From NCBI GenBank assembly GCA_003649205.1, contig QMRC01000005.1, forward strand, positions 59,821-123,820: 64,000 bases of DNA, written 5' to 3'. Positions 55,378-64,000 of this stretch are shown piece after piece (within the stretch, counting starts at the first letter, position 1; each line of letters starts with the position of its first letter). The notes beneath the pieces are model-generated. The model was not told the DNA's origin, did no database searches, and saw only the letters and a program-made list of their open reading frames with translations. The translations under genes were made by a program, and so were the position numbers. The DNA comes from Thermoprotei archaeon (GTDB taxonomy: Archaea; Thermoproteota; Thermoprotei; Thermoproteales; B15-G16).

Positions 55378-55542
55378 TTAACTAATCACGAACTCATAAC
55401 CACAGAAGGGGCACCTAACGTAGCTGCAACCAATTGTAGCGTATGAGCATCCACTACATGCCGTTGCTCTAGCATAAGTTATGTCAAATTTACGACCACA
55501 TCGAGGACAAGTAACGAGCTTTGTACCACCACGTAATTTCAT
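55378..55542 (-). CDS. Small Cys-rich metal-binding protein (54 aa), absent from the ORF track
   Basis: MKLRGGTKLVTCPRCG...ACSGC.....GC..VRCPFCGYEF (7 Cys). GGTGA SD; directly upstream of nfo. Confidence 0.75.
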   Translation of the reverse strand: MKLRGGTKLVTCPRCGRKFDITYARATACSGCSYATIGCSYVRCPFCGYEFVIS

Positions 55543-55612
55543 CTGCAATCACCAGAGAAATAGCAACAAAACTTATTAAAAGAATTGCTCTACCCAAACT
55601 CAGTGATATGCT

Positions 55613-55990
55613 ATGGGAGCAGATCGTGATGTTGAGCTAATTTTGATGAAGAAGATGCTGAAGTACCAGAAAATGGCTATAGCAGAACAACTAGAGAAGA
55701 TGAAGTCATCTACAAGAAGAGATCCTGAAGAGGTAGTTCGCGAGTACCTAACTGAGAGAGCGAAGGAAGTACTCGAGTATGCTAAAGCTCAGTACCCTGA
55801 GCTGACTCGTGAAGTAGTTAAGAAACTAGCTGAACTAATTGAGAAGGGTACTATACGTGAGCAACTCGATGCTGTGACATTGCTAAATATCTTCAGATCG
55901 ATTGGTGTAGAGGTTAAGTTACCTACGAGGATAGTGATAAGAGAAGGGGGTAGGACAATTAGTATTAGCGAGAAGCTGAGGGAGGAGTAG
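55613..55990 (+). CDS. PDCD5/TFAR19-like double-stranded DNA-binding protein
   Basis: D.EL.L...K, LT.RA.E.L..A..QYPE and L..LI..G.I...LD. Confidence 0.8.
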   Translation: MGADRDVELILMKKMLKYQKMAIAEQLEKMKSSTRRDPEEVVREYLTERAKEVLEYAKAQYPELTREVVKKLAELIEKGTIREQLDAVTLLNIFRSIGVEVKLPTRIVIREGGRTISISEKLREE

Positions 55991-56422
55991 GTGAGTAGTG
56001 AGATAGTTGTAATAGTTATCGAGAATGGTGAGGTTAGGAAGATTGAGAAGAAAAGTGGTGAACTTGAGGATGTAGTTAAGGACATAGCCAGGAAAGAGCT
56101 TGAGGAGTGGGATGTGACCTCTTCAGACTTTGTAGTATTGAGAGATAGCTACTCATTAACTCTTCCTCTCCCTCTAACTAAGGAACAGTACGAGAAATTA
56201 CACAAGTACGGTATTAAGAGGAGAGGAAACGTAGCTGAGGTAGATTTACCGATATTCGAGATCTCACGAGAAATAAGTTTTGAGGGTGAGGAAGGCCCTA
56301 GTGCAGGTAGGGTAATAGTTGTTGCACCTTACGTAAATGATGATGTTACGAGAGATATAGCTAATCAAGTAACTGAAGCGCTTAAAGGGGTTGAGGAGAG
56401 TAGTCAAGACGTTGAAGAGTAG
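55991..56422 (+). CDS. DUF2286-like conserved crenarchaeal protein
   Basis: VK..A...LEEW....SDF.VLR, LPL and V.LPIFEIS. Confidence 0.65.
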   Translation: MSSEIVVIVIENGEVRKIEKKSGELEDVVKDIARKELEEWDVTSSDFVVLRDSYSLTLPLPLTKEQYEKLHKYGIKRRGNVAEVDLPIFEISREISFEGEEGPSAGRVIVVAPYVNDDVTRDIANQVTEALKGVEESSQDVEE

Positions 56423-59046
56423 CTAAATAGTGTTGTTACTCCCTTGAGTACTTCATCAACTTTCATACCTAAAGCTTCTAGTAACTGACCGAATGTAGTC
56501 TCAATGTGTGATATGTACTTCTCCTTATCTATCTCATCTATCCTAGCTAACTGAACAGGTTTAACCCCGTCCTTACCTCGAACCTTAACGTAGTGAATTA
56601 TGTCTCCGGGAGCTACCTCAATACCGAATATCTTCAACTGCTTAGCAGCCTTCACGTGAGGTGGTGTTGTCCTCTTGTACTCACTAAGTGGCTTGGATAA
56701 CATGACCTTAAATGCTAGTTGGTCAAGTGGTATCTCACCTCTCTCCAGTTTCCTCCTACAGCTCCTAATGGATTCGATGATCTCAGTCTTCGCTTTGCTC
56801 AGGTCGTTAATGTCATTCACTGAAGATAGTATGTTCAATGCTTCTGCGAAGGCTGTCTTCAGAAATTCTGGTGTATTCCTCTTCTTTCCAACCATACCCT
56901 TGATATCTACCTTACCGTCCCTGTAGATACCGAGGTAATTCTTCTTCTTTCCACTAAATGCTACGTACCTATACTCCTTATCTACATCGAGGTCGACACC
57001 CAGAGCTTCCTCAACCCACTCAAATAACTGCTTGAGCTTCTCTGGATCTGGATTCCATATGAAGAGGCTATCTGTATCACCATAGATAACCGTTAGACCT
57101 AGTTCCTGTGCTTTAGCTATTGTCTTACTGATAGCAATCCTACCCAGCGCAGTTGTCGCTTCAGCAACTGGTGGACAGTAGAGTGGAAATGTCTCTGCAC
57201 CGAAGACACCATAGCTAGCATTAATGAATACCTTCATTGCGTTCTGAACAACATCATACTGCATCTTCATTACAGGATCCTTCTCCATCTTAGCTAACTT
57301 CTTGTATACCTCAACTCTTAGATCCCTAAGTAAGCCTATGAGAAGTGATGAAATTCCCCTCCTCTTCCTACATACCCAATGTGGTAATCCGGGTAGTGTA
57401 TTGCTCTTACACTCTTCATGAGGACACCTAACAGTCTCATAGGATAGATTCCACTTCTTGATTAATGATGGGTACAGTGATGCGAAGTCAGATACTATGA
57501 CGTTGAAGAATATACCTGGTGGTGGTTCTATGACTATAGCACCCATGTACTTCTTGCCCTTAATTATTGCCTTCGTCGTGATCACGGACTTCATTGAGAG
57601 TATATCCTCCTTCTCTGGTATGAGGTAGTTCCTCTTCCTATGCTCGAAGTACAGCATGTTCTTGATCCATGCTGATACAGCAGACCTTGTTAGGTCTTCC
57701 ATCGGTAGCTTCGATATTCTCATCAGTAGCACTATTAACTTCATTACAAGGTCATTATTGAAGGTCGTTAGCTGTAGAGTTAACCAAGCATCTCTAAAGC
57801 AGTAGTTTGCAAGCTCCATGTACGTTAGCTCGGTAATGTGCTTTTCGAGAGTTATCTTACCAACATTCAGTAGTGCCTGTGCTATTGCATCTAGTGTCTT
57901 AACTTCTTGATACCTACCTCCGAAAGCATATGCTTGAATTGCTCTATTAGAGAAGAACTTGTATAGATCAACGTGTATACCGATTGCTAGATCCATGTAG
58001 TTTCTCCTAGGTATGATCGGTATTTCCTCTCTTGTGAAACCTAGCTTAAGTGCTCTATTGTATAGGTACTGTAGGTCAAATGCATCACCATTGAAAGTCA
58101 GCACAACTGGGTACTCGAGCATCACCTTGAATACTTCTCTAAGTAATTCCCTCTCCGACCTGTAGAACTCAATCTTCACGTCCTCAGGTAGTTCAGGTGG
58201 TTTCTCACCCATCTCAACACCAGGTCTCTCAAGTAATAGTACTCTCTTCACTCCATCGTTAGAAGCGATAGCTACTGCAATTACCTCGTAGTGTGCATCC
58301 TTTGGATTTGGTAGTTTATTTGGTGCTGGTGAGAATACCTCGATATCAATAGCTACTCTACGGATGTTCGGTACAGGGGCTTGAAATAGTTCAAGCCACT
58401 CATCAACTAGTTTCTGGTACTCTGGATCACCTTCATACAGTTTATACACCTTCTCCTTTACATCAGATGGCACTTCGATAGGTACCTTGACCAGATTACC
58501 GTTCTCAATCCTGTAGAACATACCTGGAATCAGTTGTCTATCGTAGATGTAGCATAGGTGGTACTTAATCTTAGACTCCCAGGTCTTGGGTAACATCTCC
58601 CTAATGGATTCCTTTGCGCCACCTATCGATAGAGGGTCCTTAGCAATAACCTTAGTAACGACGACCTCTCGATCATGAAGTGGATCGTACTTCTTAACCA
58701 CTTCAATGTGATCAAATCCCTTGTGCATTATGACGTTCCTGTACCTCTTAACAAGTTCCTCAGGTGGTACATTAGTTAGGAGGTATGGTTTGTGACCTGT
58801 ATTATCGTACCAGAAGTATATCTTTCCGCTCGATGGATCATAGAGCTTACACAACGCCTTACCTGCTTTACCATCGTAGGTTACCGATAGTAAGATACAG
58901 GGTGGCGTACTTGTAGGTACCTCAGCTCTAATATGGACTTCAGCTACCTCCTCTTCCTCTTCTCTAAACTCTTCCTCTAGCCCTTCCTCTTCCTCAATTT
59001 CATCTCTTTCTCGAAACCTATACTCTTCAAGAGCTCTAGGGGACAT
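56404..59046 (-). CDS. polB1: DNA polymerase B1 (replicative, crenarchaeal)
   Basis: HKPY, exonuclease DIEV / FNGD.FD, DFASLYPS, KV..NASYG, YGDTDS and KKNY; acidic N-terminal tail. Confidence 0.95.
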   Translation of the reverse strand: MSPRALEEYRFRERDEIEEEEGLEEEFREEEEEVAEVHIRAEVPTSTPPCILLSVTYDGKAGKALCKLYDPSSGKIYFWYDNTGHKPYLLTNVPPEELVKRYRNVIMHKGFDHIEVVKKYDPLHDREVVVTKVIAKDPLSIGGAKESIREMLPKTWESKIKYHLCYIYDRQLIPGMFYRIENGNLVKVPIEVPSDVKEKVYKLYEGDPEYQKLVDEWLELFQAPVPNIRRVAIDIEVFSPAPNKLPNPKDAHYEVIAVAIASNDGVKRVLLLERPGVEMGEKPPELPEDVKIEFYRSERELLREVFKVMLEYPVVLTFNGDAFDLQYLYNRALKLGFTREEIPIIPRRNYMDLAIGIHVDLYKFFSNRAIQAYAFGGRYQEVKTLDAIAQALLNVGKITLEKHITELTYMELANYCFRDAWLTLQLTTFNNDLVMKLIVLLMRISKLPMEDLTRSAVSAWIKNMLYFEHRKRNYLIPEKEDILSMKSVITTKAIIKGKKYMGAIVIEPPPGIFFNVIVSDFASLYPSLIKKWNLSYETVRCPHEECKSNTLPGLPHWVCRKRRGISSLLIGLLRDLRVEVYKKLAKMEKDPVMKMQYDVVQNAMKVFINASYGVFGAETFPLYCPPVAEATTALGRIAISKTIAKAQELGLTVIYGDTDSLFIWNPDPEKLKQLFEWVEEALGVDLDVDKEYRYVAFSGKKKNYLGIYRDGKVDIKGMVGKKRNTPEFLKTAFAEALNILSSVNDINDLSKAKTEIIESIRSCRRKLERGEIPLDQLAFKVMLSKPLSEYKRTTPPHVKAAKQLKIFGIEVAPGDIIHYVKVRGKDGVKPVQLARIDEIDKEKYISHIETTFGQLLEALGMKVDEVLKGVTTLFSYSSTS

Positions 59047-59120
59047 ACTCTATAAAGTATTGACCCTACTTGAGTAATAAGGGTAGTGTGAGTATGTACG
59101 AGCTATTTATTTAGAATCAG

Positions 59121-60065
59121 CTATAGCACCAGATCTAGAGTACCAACAAGAGGCTCTATGTGATCCCTCCACACGATTACGGTATCTTCAAACTGGGCAA
59201 CTATACCACCAGAAACCTCAATTAGCACTGGATACTGAATTACTAGCTTCCTCGATCTAAGTTCATCCATAATGTGCTCAACTACATCTCTACTGTACTT
59301 CTTAACTAACCACCTAGGTGTGAAGGGTAAAGCATGGTACTCACTATTTATGAAGTTAAGTACCTCAAGTACCTCCTTATCCTTTATTTTCTTCATCTTC
59401 TTACGATCGAGAATTAACGAGAATATGTAGACCTCACTGCCATCCCTAACCCTACCAATACCACTTGTTGAGAATGGTTCAATAGCATAGACCTCACCTT
59501 CATTCACCTTCTCACTAGATGGTATGTAGACATTGGGTACTGACTTCCCTGCATGTAGTCTGTACCTAGCTATTAAGTGACCTGTGAGATTCTCGATTGG
59601 TCTATACCCGTGATCACGAATTACCTTACTAATGACCCTACCTACATCGCCAAGTCTAACACCTACTCTAAACATCTTAATAGCTTCATCTAATGCCTTT
59701 GCACAAGCCATTACAAGTGAAGTTGCTTTAGGATCGAAGCTCAGTGTTATGGCGGCATCCACTATGTAACCATTGACGTGTACACCGACATCTACCTTAA
59801 CGACTGATGAAGGTGGTACTACGCGGACATCGTCGGGAGGTGACGTGTAGTGCGCTGCTATCTCGTTTATCGATATGTTAATTGGAAATGCTGGTTTACC
59901 ACCCTCGTGAATTATGTACTGCTCCAATCTCTCACAGATCTCAATGAGTGGTTTCTCCGGCTCAACAACGTCGAGAGCAAGCTTAAGAACTTTACGAGCT
60001 ATCTCACCTGCTCTCCTATAACATCGAACCTCCTCATCACTTAACATCGGACAACACCTTGACAC
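59121..60065 (-). CDS. map: Methionine aminopeptidase type II
   Basis: AFP.N.S.N..AAHY, KVDVGVHVNG..D.A, NLTGH, AIEPF and QFEDT. Confidence 0.95.
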   Translation of the reverse strand: MSRCCPMLSDEEVRCYRRAGEIARKVLKLALDVVEPEKPLIEICERLEQYIIHEGGKPAFPINISINEIAAHYTSPPDDVRVVPPSSVVKVDVGVHVNGYIVDAAITLSFDPKATSLVMACAKALDEAIKMFRVGVRLGDVGRVISKVIRDHGYRPIENLTGHLIARYRLHAGKSVPNVYIPSSEKVNEGEVYAIEPFSTSGIGRVRDGSEVYIFSLILDRKKMKKIKDKEVLEVLNFINSEYHALPFTPRWLVKKYSRDVVEHIMDELRSRKLVIQYPVLIEVSGGIVAQFEDTVIVWRDHIEPLVGTLDLVL

Positions 60066-60147
60066 GTAATTAAGTGAAGAAAAGTATATTTACGCTTTGA
60101 CTTAACAACTATTAAGTCTGCGTGTTGCATGACTTAGGTGACATGTA

Positions 60148-61395
60148 ATGGGTGGAGTATCTATTACCGCTAAGTACCTTGTCCATGCAATATTTGAGGT
60201 AGATGGAATAGTTGACAAGCCAGATGTCATTGGCGCTATCTTCGGTCAGACAGAAGGTCTTCTAGGGGATGAGCTTGACCTACGTGAGCTACAGATGACA
60301 GGTAGAATAGGTAGAATAGAGGTTGAACTTGAGGTAAGAGGAAATAAAACCTATGGAAAAATTCTCATACCATCAAACCTAGATAGAGTTGAGACTTCAC
60401 TAATAGCTGCTGCACTCGAAGCAGTTGATAAGGTAGGTCCCTACTCAGCTAAGATAAAGGTTGTTAGAATTGAAGACCTTAGAAGTGAGAAGAGAAAGAA
60501 GATCATTGAGAGAGCTAAGGAATTACTCAGAACACTTGAACAGGAGGAACTACCAGATACTAGAGCAATAACCGAGGAAGTTCTTAGAGCTGTTAGAGAG
60601 GTTGAGATTGTAAAGTATGGACCTGAAGGGCTGACTGCTGGTCCTGATGTCGATAGATCAGACACCATAATCATTGTGGAAGGTAGAGCAGATGTAATAA
60701 ACCTAGTTAGGCATGGATATAGGAATGTAATTGCTCTTGAAGGAGCTACCGTTCCAAAGACAATAATTGAGCTATGTAAGAAGAAGACAGCGATAGCATT
60801 CGTTGATGGTGATAGAGGTGGAGAAATGGTACTACGAGAGCTATTGAGAGTAGCTGATATTGACTACGTAGCTAGAGCACCACCAGGTAAGGAGGTTGAG
60901 GAACTATCTGCTAAGGAAATAGCTAAGTGCTTAAGGAACAAGGTACCTGCTGACCAGGTAAGAGCAGCATTGCTAAAGGAGGAAAAGATCAAGGCCAAAC
61001 CCGCTAAGGTAGAGGAAGTACCGCAAGAGGAGAAACCCAGTGAAGTAGCTAAGGTTGAGGTAGCAGTACCTGAATACGAGATACCTACACAAGTACTCTC
61101 ACACATCAAGGAGATTCAGGGTAGACTTGAGGCATACCTCTACGATGAGAATTGGAATGTCATTAGCAAGATACCTGTTAGAGATCTAGTAGACTACCTA
61201 CAAACAACCAGTGAAAAGGTCCATGCAGTAGTCTTTGATGGATTAATAACCCAGAGAATCCTAGACATTGCTGGAAGCAAGGGAGTTAAGGTAGTGATAG
61301 GCTTTAGAGTTGGTGGAATAGTCAAGAAACCAAGTGACGTAAAGATACTGACATTTGATGACGTGCTCAAGGTTGCTGAGACAGCAAGTAAGTAG
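60148..61395 (+). CDS. dnaG: Archaeal DnaG (TOPRIM; exosome-associated)
   Basis: KPDVIGAIFGQTEGLLG, VEGRADV, DGDRGG and APPGKEVEEL. Confidence 0.97.
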   Translation: MGGVSITAKYLVHAIFEVDGIVDKPDVIGAIFGQTEGLLGDELDLRELQMTGRIGRIEVELEVRGNKTYGKILIPSNLDRVETSLIAAALEAVDKVGPYSAKIKVVRIEDLRSEKRKKIIERAKELLRTLEQEELPDTRAITEEVLRAVREVEIVKYGPEGLTAGPDVDRSDTIIIVEGRADVINLVRHGYRNVIALEGATVPKTIIELCKKKTAIAFVDGDRGGEMVLRELLRVADIDYVARAPPGKEVEELSAKEIAKCLRNKVPADQVRAALLKEEKIKAKPAKVEEVPQEEKPSEVAKVEVAVPEYEIPTQVLSHIKEIQGRLEAYLYDENWNVISKIPVRDLVDYLQTTSEKVHAVVFDGLITQRILDIAGSKGVKVVIGFRVGGIVKKPSDVKILTFDDVLKVAETASK

Positions 61396-63771
61396 CTACG
61401 TAAAGAACTCAAGTAGTGACTTCTGCTTTCTCCCCGTTCTCAACTGATCCTCCTTAATACCGAAGTAACCAAGTATTCTCATAGCTGCTGGAATTATCTG
61501 CTTATCGATGTAGTACTCGACATCTATTTCATCAATTGACTTAACCAAGATGTATGGCTTAGCTTTCTGAGCTAACTTACCACTACCCTTAGTAACTATG
61601 TAACCCACCTTATCACCCACCGAGAGCTTGTAACCTAGCTCAAGTAACTTCTTAGCTGCAGCCACATGAGCAGATAATACCTTGTACTCACTCAAGTCCT
61701 TACTCAAGGTCTTCCAGATAATGAGCTTACTTAGAGGTACCTTACCGCTTCTCAATTCCTCAATTACTCTATGTACGTACTCAATAGCCTTATCGACACT
61801 TCTCTCCTTTAGCACAATTTCAATAGTCTTCTCCTGTACCTCCTTAGCAATCTCAGCCCAATCACCACGAACAGCTTCAAAACCAACTATGTCAATTCTA
61901 CCATCAGGAAGTAGTCCACAGTACCTCTTCTTAGCTTCTGTAAAGAATACCCTAACGTATATCTTATCTGGTTTCATCTCGAGACCAAGCTCTTTCTCAA
62001 CCCACTCGATGAGCTTCCTGATCCTGTCCTCATCATAGTTCACAAATATGCTGTCTGTATCACCGTAAATTACCTTTAGACCGAGTTGAGTGGCGTAGTT
62101 AATGGTCTTCTTAATCATCTCCCTACCCCAAGCAGTTACAGCCTCAGCAACCTCCCTCATGTACCACCTAGCACCAGTCCAACCACAGTATCCGTACGTA
62201 GCATTTGCTATTACCTTGACAGCTTTTTGCCTCTCATCGAGTATCCTGTACTCAAAGCTAGTTGGTGGGTACTTCTTCATTTCCTCTCTAATAGCTTTCC
62301 TGTACTTAATTAGCGTCTCAAGGACTTTCCTGTAGAAACCTGGAGGTTCTCTTCTAAATCTATGACCAACTTCAGGTGCTACGTAGACCATATCCGGTGC
62401 TATCTCCTCCATTGGAGGTACGTAGGTATCAGGTGATATGTTGTACTTAATCATTATATTTGGGTACATCGCTGAGAAGTCTAGCACAGCAATATTCTCA
62501 TGAATACCAGGTTTAGGTTCAAGCACTATGGCACCTCTATACGTTTCAGCTGGTCTCTCAACTCTATTCGGTACTAGCTCATTGAACTTGTACGCATACC
62601 TCATCAATAACCACTCAACTCTAAAACCAACAGATGCAGCACCTACCTGGTCTAGCGGTATTCCTGTAATGGCTGATAGCTGGATAGCGAACGGTAGGAA
62701 CTTCTCAGCAAGACCAAGTATACTCTCAACATCGTCCATTGCATAGCGCATTAGTAGTGGTCTCCTACTCTCATCGTCCCAGTACCTGTATATTTCATGA
62801 CCTTCAATAAGCACCCTCTCACTCTTCTTCTTAACACCGAGGTAATCAGCAACATTCTCAAGAGTCTTAACCTTAATCTCTGGTATCTCCTCAGCAAAGT
62901 TGTAGAGATCCACATTCGCTCTACCGAGTATGGATATGTGACCATAGACACTGGTAGCTGGCTCAGTATTCAACCTCGATACATTTAGCTTAACCTTAAC
63001 GTACTTACTCCTCTCAAGTAGGTATGGCCAGTCAAATTCATTGCTATTATACCCAACTATTATATCTGGATCAAATTCACGAATTACCCTAACGAACTCC
63101 CAGAGCACATCTCTATCTCTCCTTCCTTCAGCTGTTATCAGCTTCTTTAAACCAGTGTTCGTAGCGATGGAGATTATTATCACTGGATCCTTCTCAGGCT
63201 TCGGTGCACCTGTAGGATTATAACACTCAATATCAAAAGCAAGAACCTTAAGCTCTGGAACACTCCTCATCTCAGGTATTGGCTTCGGCACCCCCTTAGC
63301 CAGATACACTGCGTCAAATTGCCAATCACGAGGTTTCTCAATTTCCTCAACCTCAACTTCGTGCCACGTACATGGGTAGATGTCGTTATCGATCATGTAC
63401 CTCATGTAGTACCTTATATCTGCCTCAAGTACATCTTGAACGAAAGGTAGTGACCTAGCTTCCTCACGAAGGGTCGGTACATCAGGCGGCCTCTGACAAG
63501 TGACCTTGACTACCTTAAGTGGCTTACCAAAGTACTTCTTCTCAACAACATCAAGTGACAGTACCTTAGCTCTAAGACCCAACTTCTTCAAACCCCTAAG
63601 CACAGCATCCATAGGTACATCCTGTTTAGGAACAACATAGAAGTAAGGTCTGAAACTCCTATCACATACAACAACCCTCTTACCGGTGTCCGTGATACCG
63701 AACATCCTAATCTCTGGTATGTCACCAACCATGTCGTACGTTATGTCTAAGAGCCAAAACCTAATCCTCAT
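61396..63771 (-). CDS. polB3: DNA polymerase B3
   Basis: FRPYFY, EADIR, FDIE, YNS..FD, DFSAMYP, K..ANA.YG, YGDTDS, KKRY and PIP box QKSLLEFF. Confidence 0.95.
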   Translation of the reverse strand: MRIRFWLLDITYDMVGDIPEIRMFGITDTGKRVVVCDRSFRPYFYVVPKQDVPMDAVLRGLKKLGLRAKVLSLDVVEKKYFGKPLKVVKVTCQRPPDVPTLREEARSLPFVQDVLEADIRYYMRYMIDNDIYPCTWHEVEVEEIEKPRDWQFDAVYLAKGVPKPIPEMRSVPELKVLAFDIECYNPTGAPKPEKDPVIIISIATNTGLKKLITAEGRRDRDVLWEFVRVIREFDPDIIVGYNSNEFDWPYLLERSKYVKVKLNVSRLNTEPATSVYGHISILGRANVDLYNFAEEIPEIKVKTLENVADYLGVKKKSERVLIEGHEIYRYWDDESRRPLLMRYAMDDVESILGLAEKFLPFAIQLSAITGIPLDQVGAASVGFRVEWLLMRYAYKFNELVPNRVERPAETYRGAIVLEPKPGIHENIAVLDFSAMYPNIMIKYNISPDTYVPPMEEIAPDMVYVAPEVGHRFRREPPGFYRKVLETLIKYRKAIREEMKKYPPTSFEYRILDERQKAVKVIANATYGYCGWTGARWYMREVAEAVTAWGREMIKKTINYATQLGLKVIYGDTDSIFVNYDEDRIRKLIEWVEKELGLEMKPDKIYVRVFFTEAKKRYCGLLPDGRIDIVGFEAVRGDWAEIAKEVQEKTIEIVLKERSVDKAIEYVHRVIEELRSGKVPLSKLIIWKTLSKDLSEYKVLSAHVAAAKKLLELGYKLSVGDKVGYIVTKGSGKLAQKAKPYILVKSIDEIDVEYYIDKQIIPAAMRILGYFGIKEDQLRTGRKQKSLLEFFT

Positions 63772-63781
63772 GATACCACAC

Positions 63782-64000
63782 TCAGGGGAGTAGGAGGTAC
63801 ATGACTAGAGCATCTTCACCATCAGAATAATACCCACGAACTATATATGCCTTCCTAAACCCAAGCTCCTCATACATCCTAATAGCTATGTAGTTGCTAA
63901 CTCGAACCTCAAGCCTAACAACACGTACACCCAATCTCCTCAACTCCTCAATACACCTACTGAGAAGTAACTTACCGATACCCCTACCACGAAACTCAGG
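63782..64000 (-). CDS. RimI/Ard1-like GNAT N-acetyltransferase, 5'-truncated by the window edge
   Basis: PEFRGRGIGK, LEVRVSN..AI.MYE.LGF and YYSDGEDA..M; not in the ORF track. Confidence 0.88.
   Translation of the reverse strand, partial: PEFRGRGIGKLLLSRCIEELRRLGVRVVRLEVRVSNYIAIRMYEELGFRKAYIVRGYYSDGEDALVMYLLLP

Noticed and set aside
55378-55542. Ribosomal protein L40e or S27
   Set aside because: The Cys spacing and the lack of a basic tail do not fit.
56404-63771. Inteins, or a viral origin for the two family B polymerases
   Set aside because: Lengths are normal with contiguous motifs, and PolB1 plus PolB3 is the standard crenarchaeal set.

Overview
A gene-dense, integrase-free chromosomal segment of a thermophilic archaeon, most likely Thermoproteota/Crenarchaeota. 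The assignment rests on PolB1 plus PolB3, rpS26e, a DUF2286-like gene, a CdvA-like gene, A1-U72 tRNA-Gln and C/D and H/ACA guide RNAs. The housekeeping content includes upp, pepQ, trmI, proS, udg, nfo, map, dnaG, two family B polymerases, SRP RNA and tRNA-Gln. Main points of interest: (1) A ~17 kb methanofuran/tetrahydromethanopterin C1 island (citG-like, larB, mptN/orf5-like, mch, fwdC, fwdA, fused fwdD-fwdB, cofE-like, ftr). It is followed by uncharacterised genes: two convergent COG1665-type nucleotidyltransferases, a B12 radical SAM enzyme, a GDPD, mobA, a DUF2193-like gene and an aquaporin with NPS/NFA motifs. No mtd, mer, mcr, cdh or polyferredoxin gene is in the window. (2) A membrane-anchored GH113-type glycanase divergent from a processive GT2 synthase, plus a second GT2. 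(3) A methanogen-type seryl-tRNA synthetase. (4) A Ser/Cys-rich 14-codon uORF with hairpins in front of serA. (5) Several small RNAs and small Zn-ribbon ORFs missed by the ORF track, including an SRP RNA with an extra Alu hairpin. All family calls are by motif recognition only; no database searches were run.
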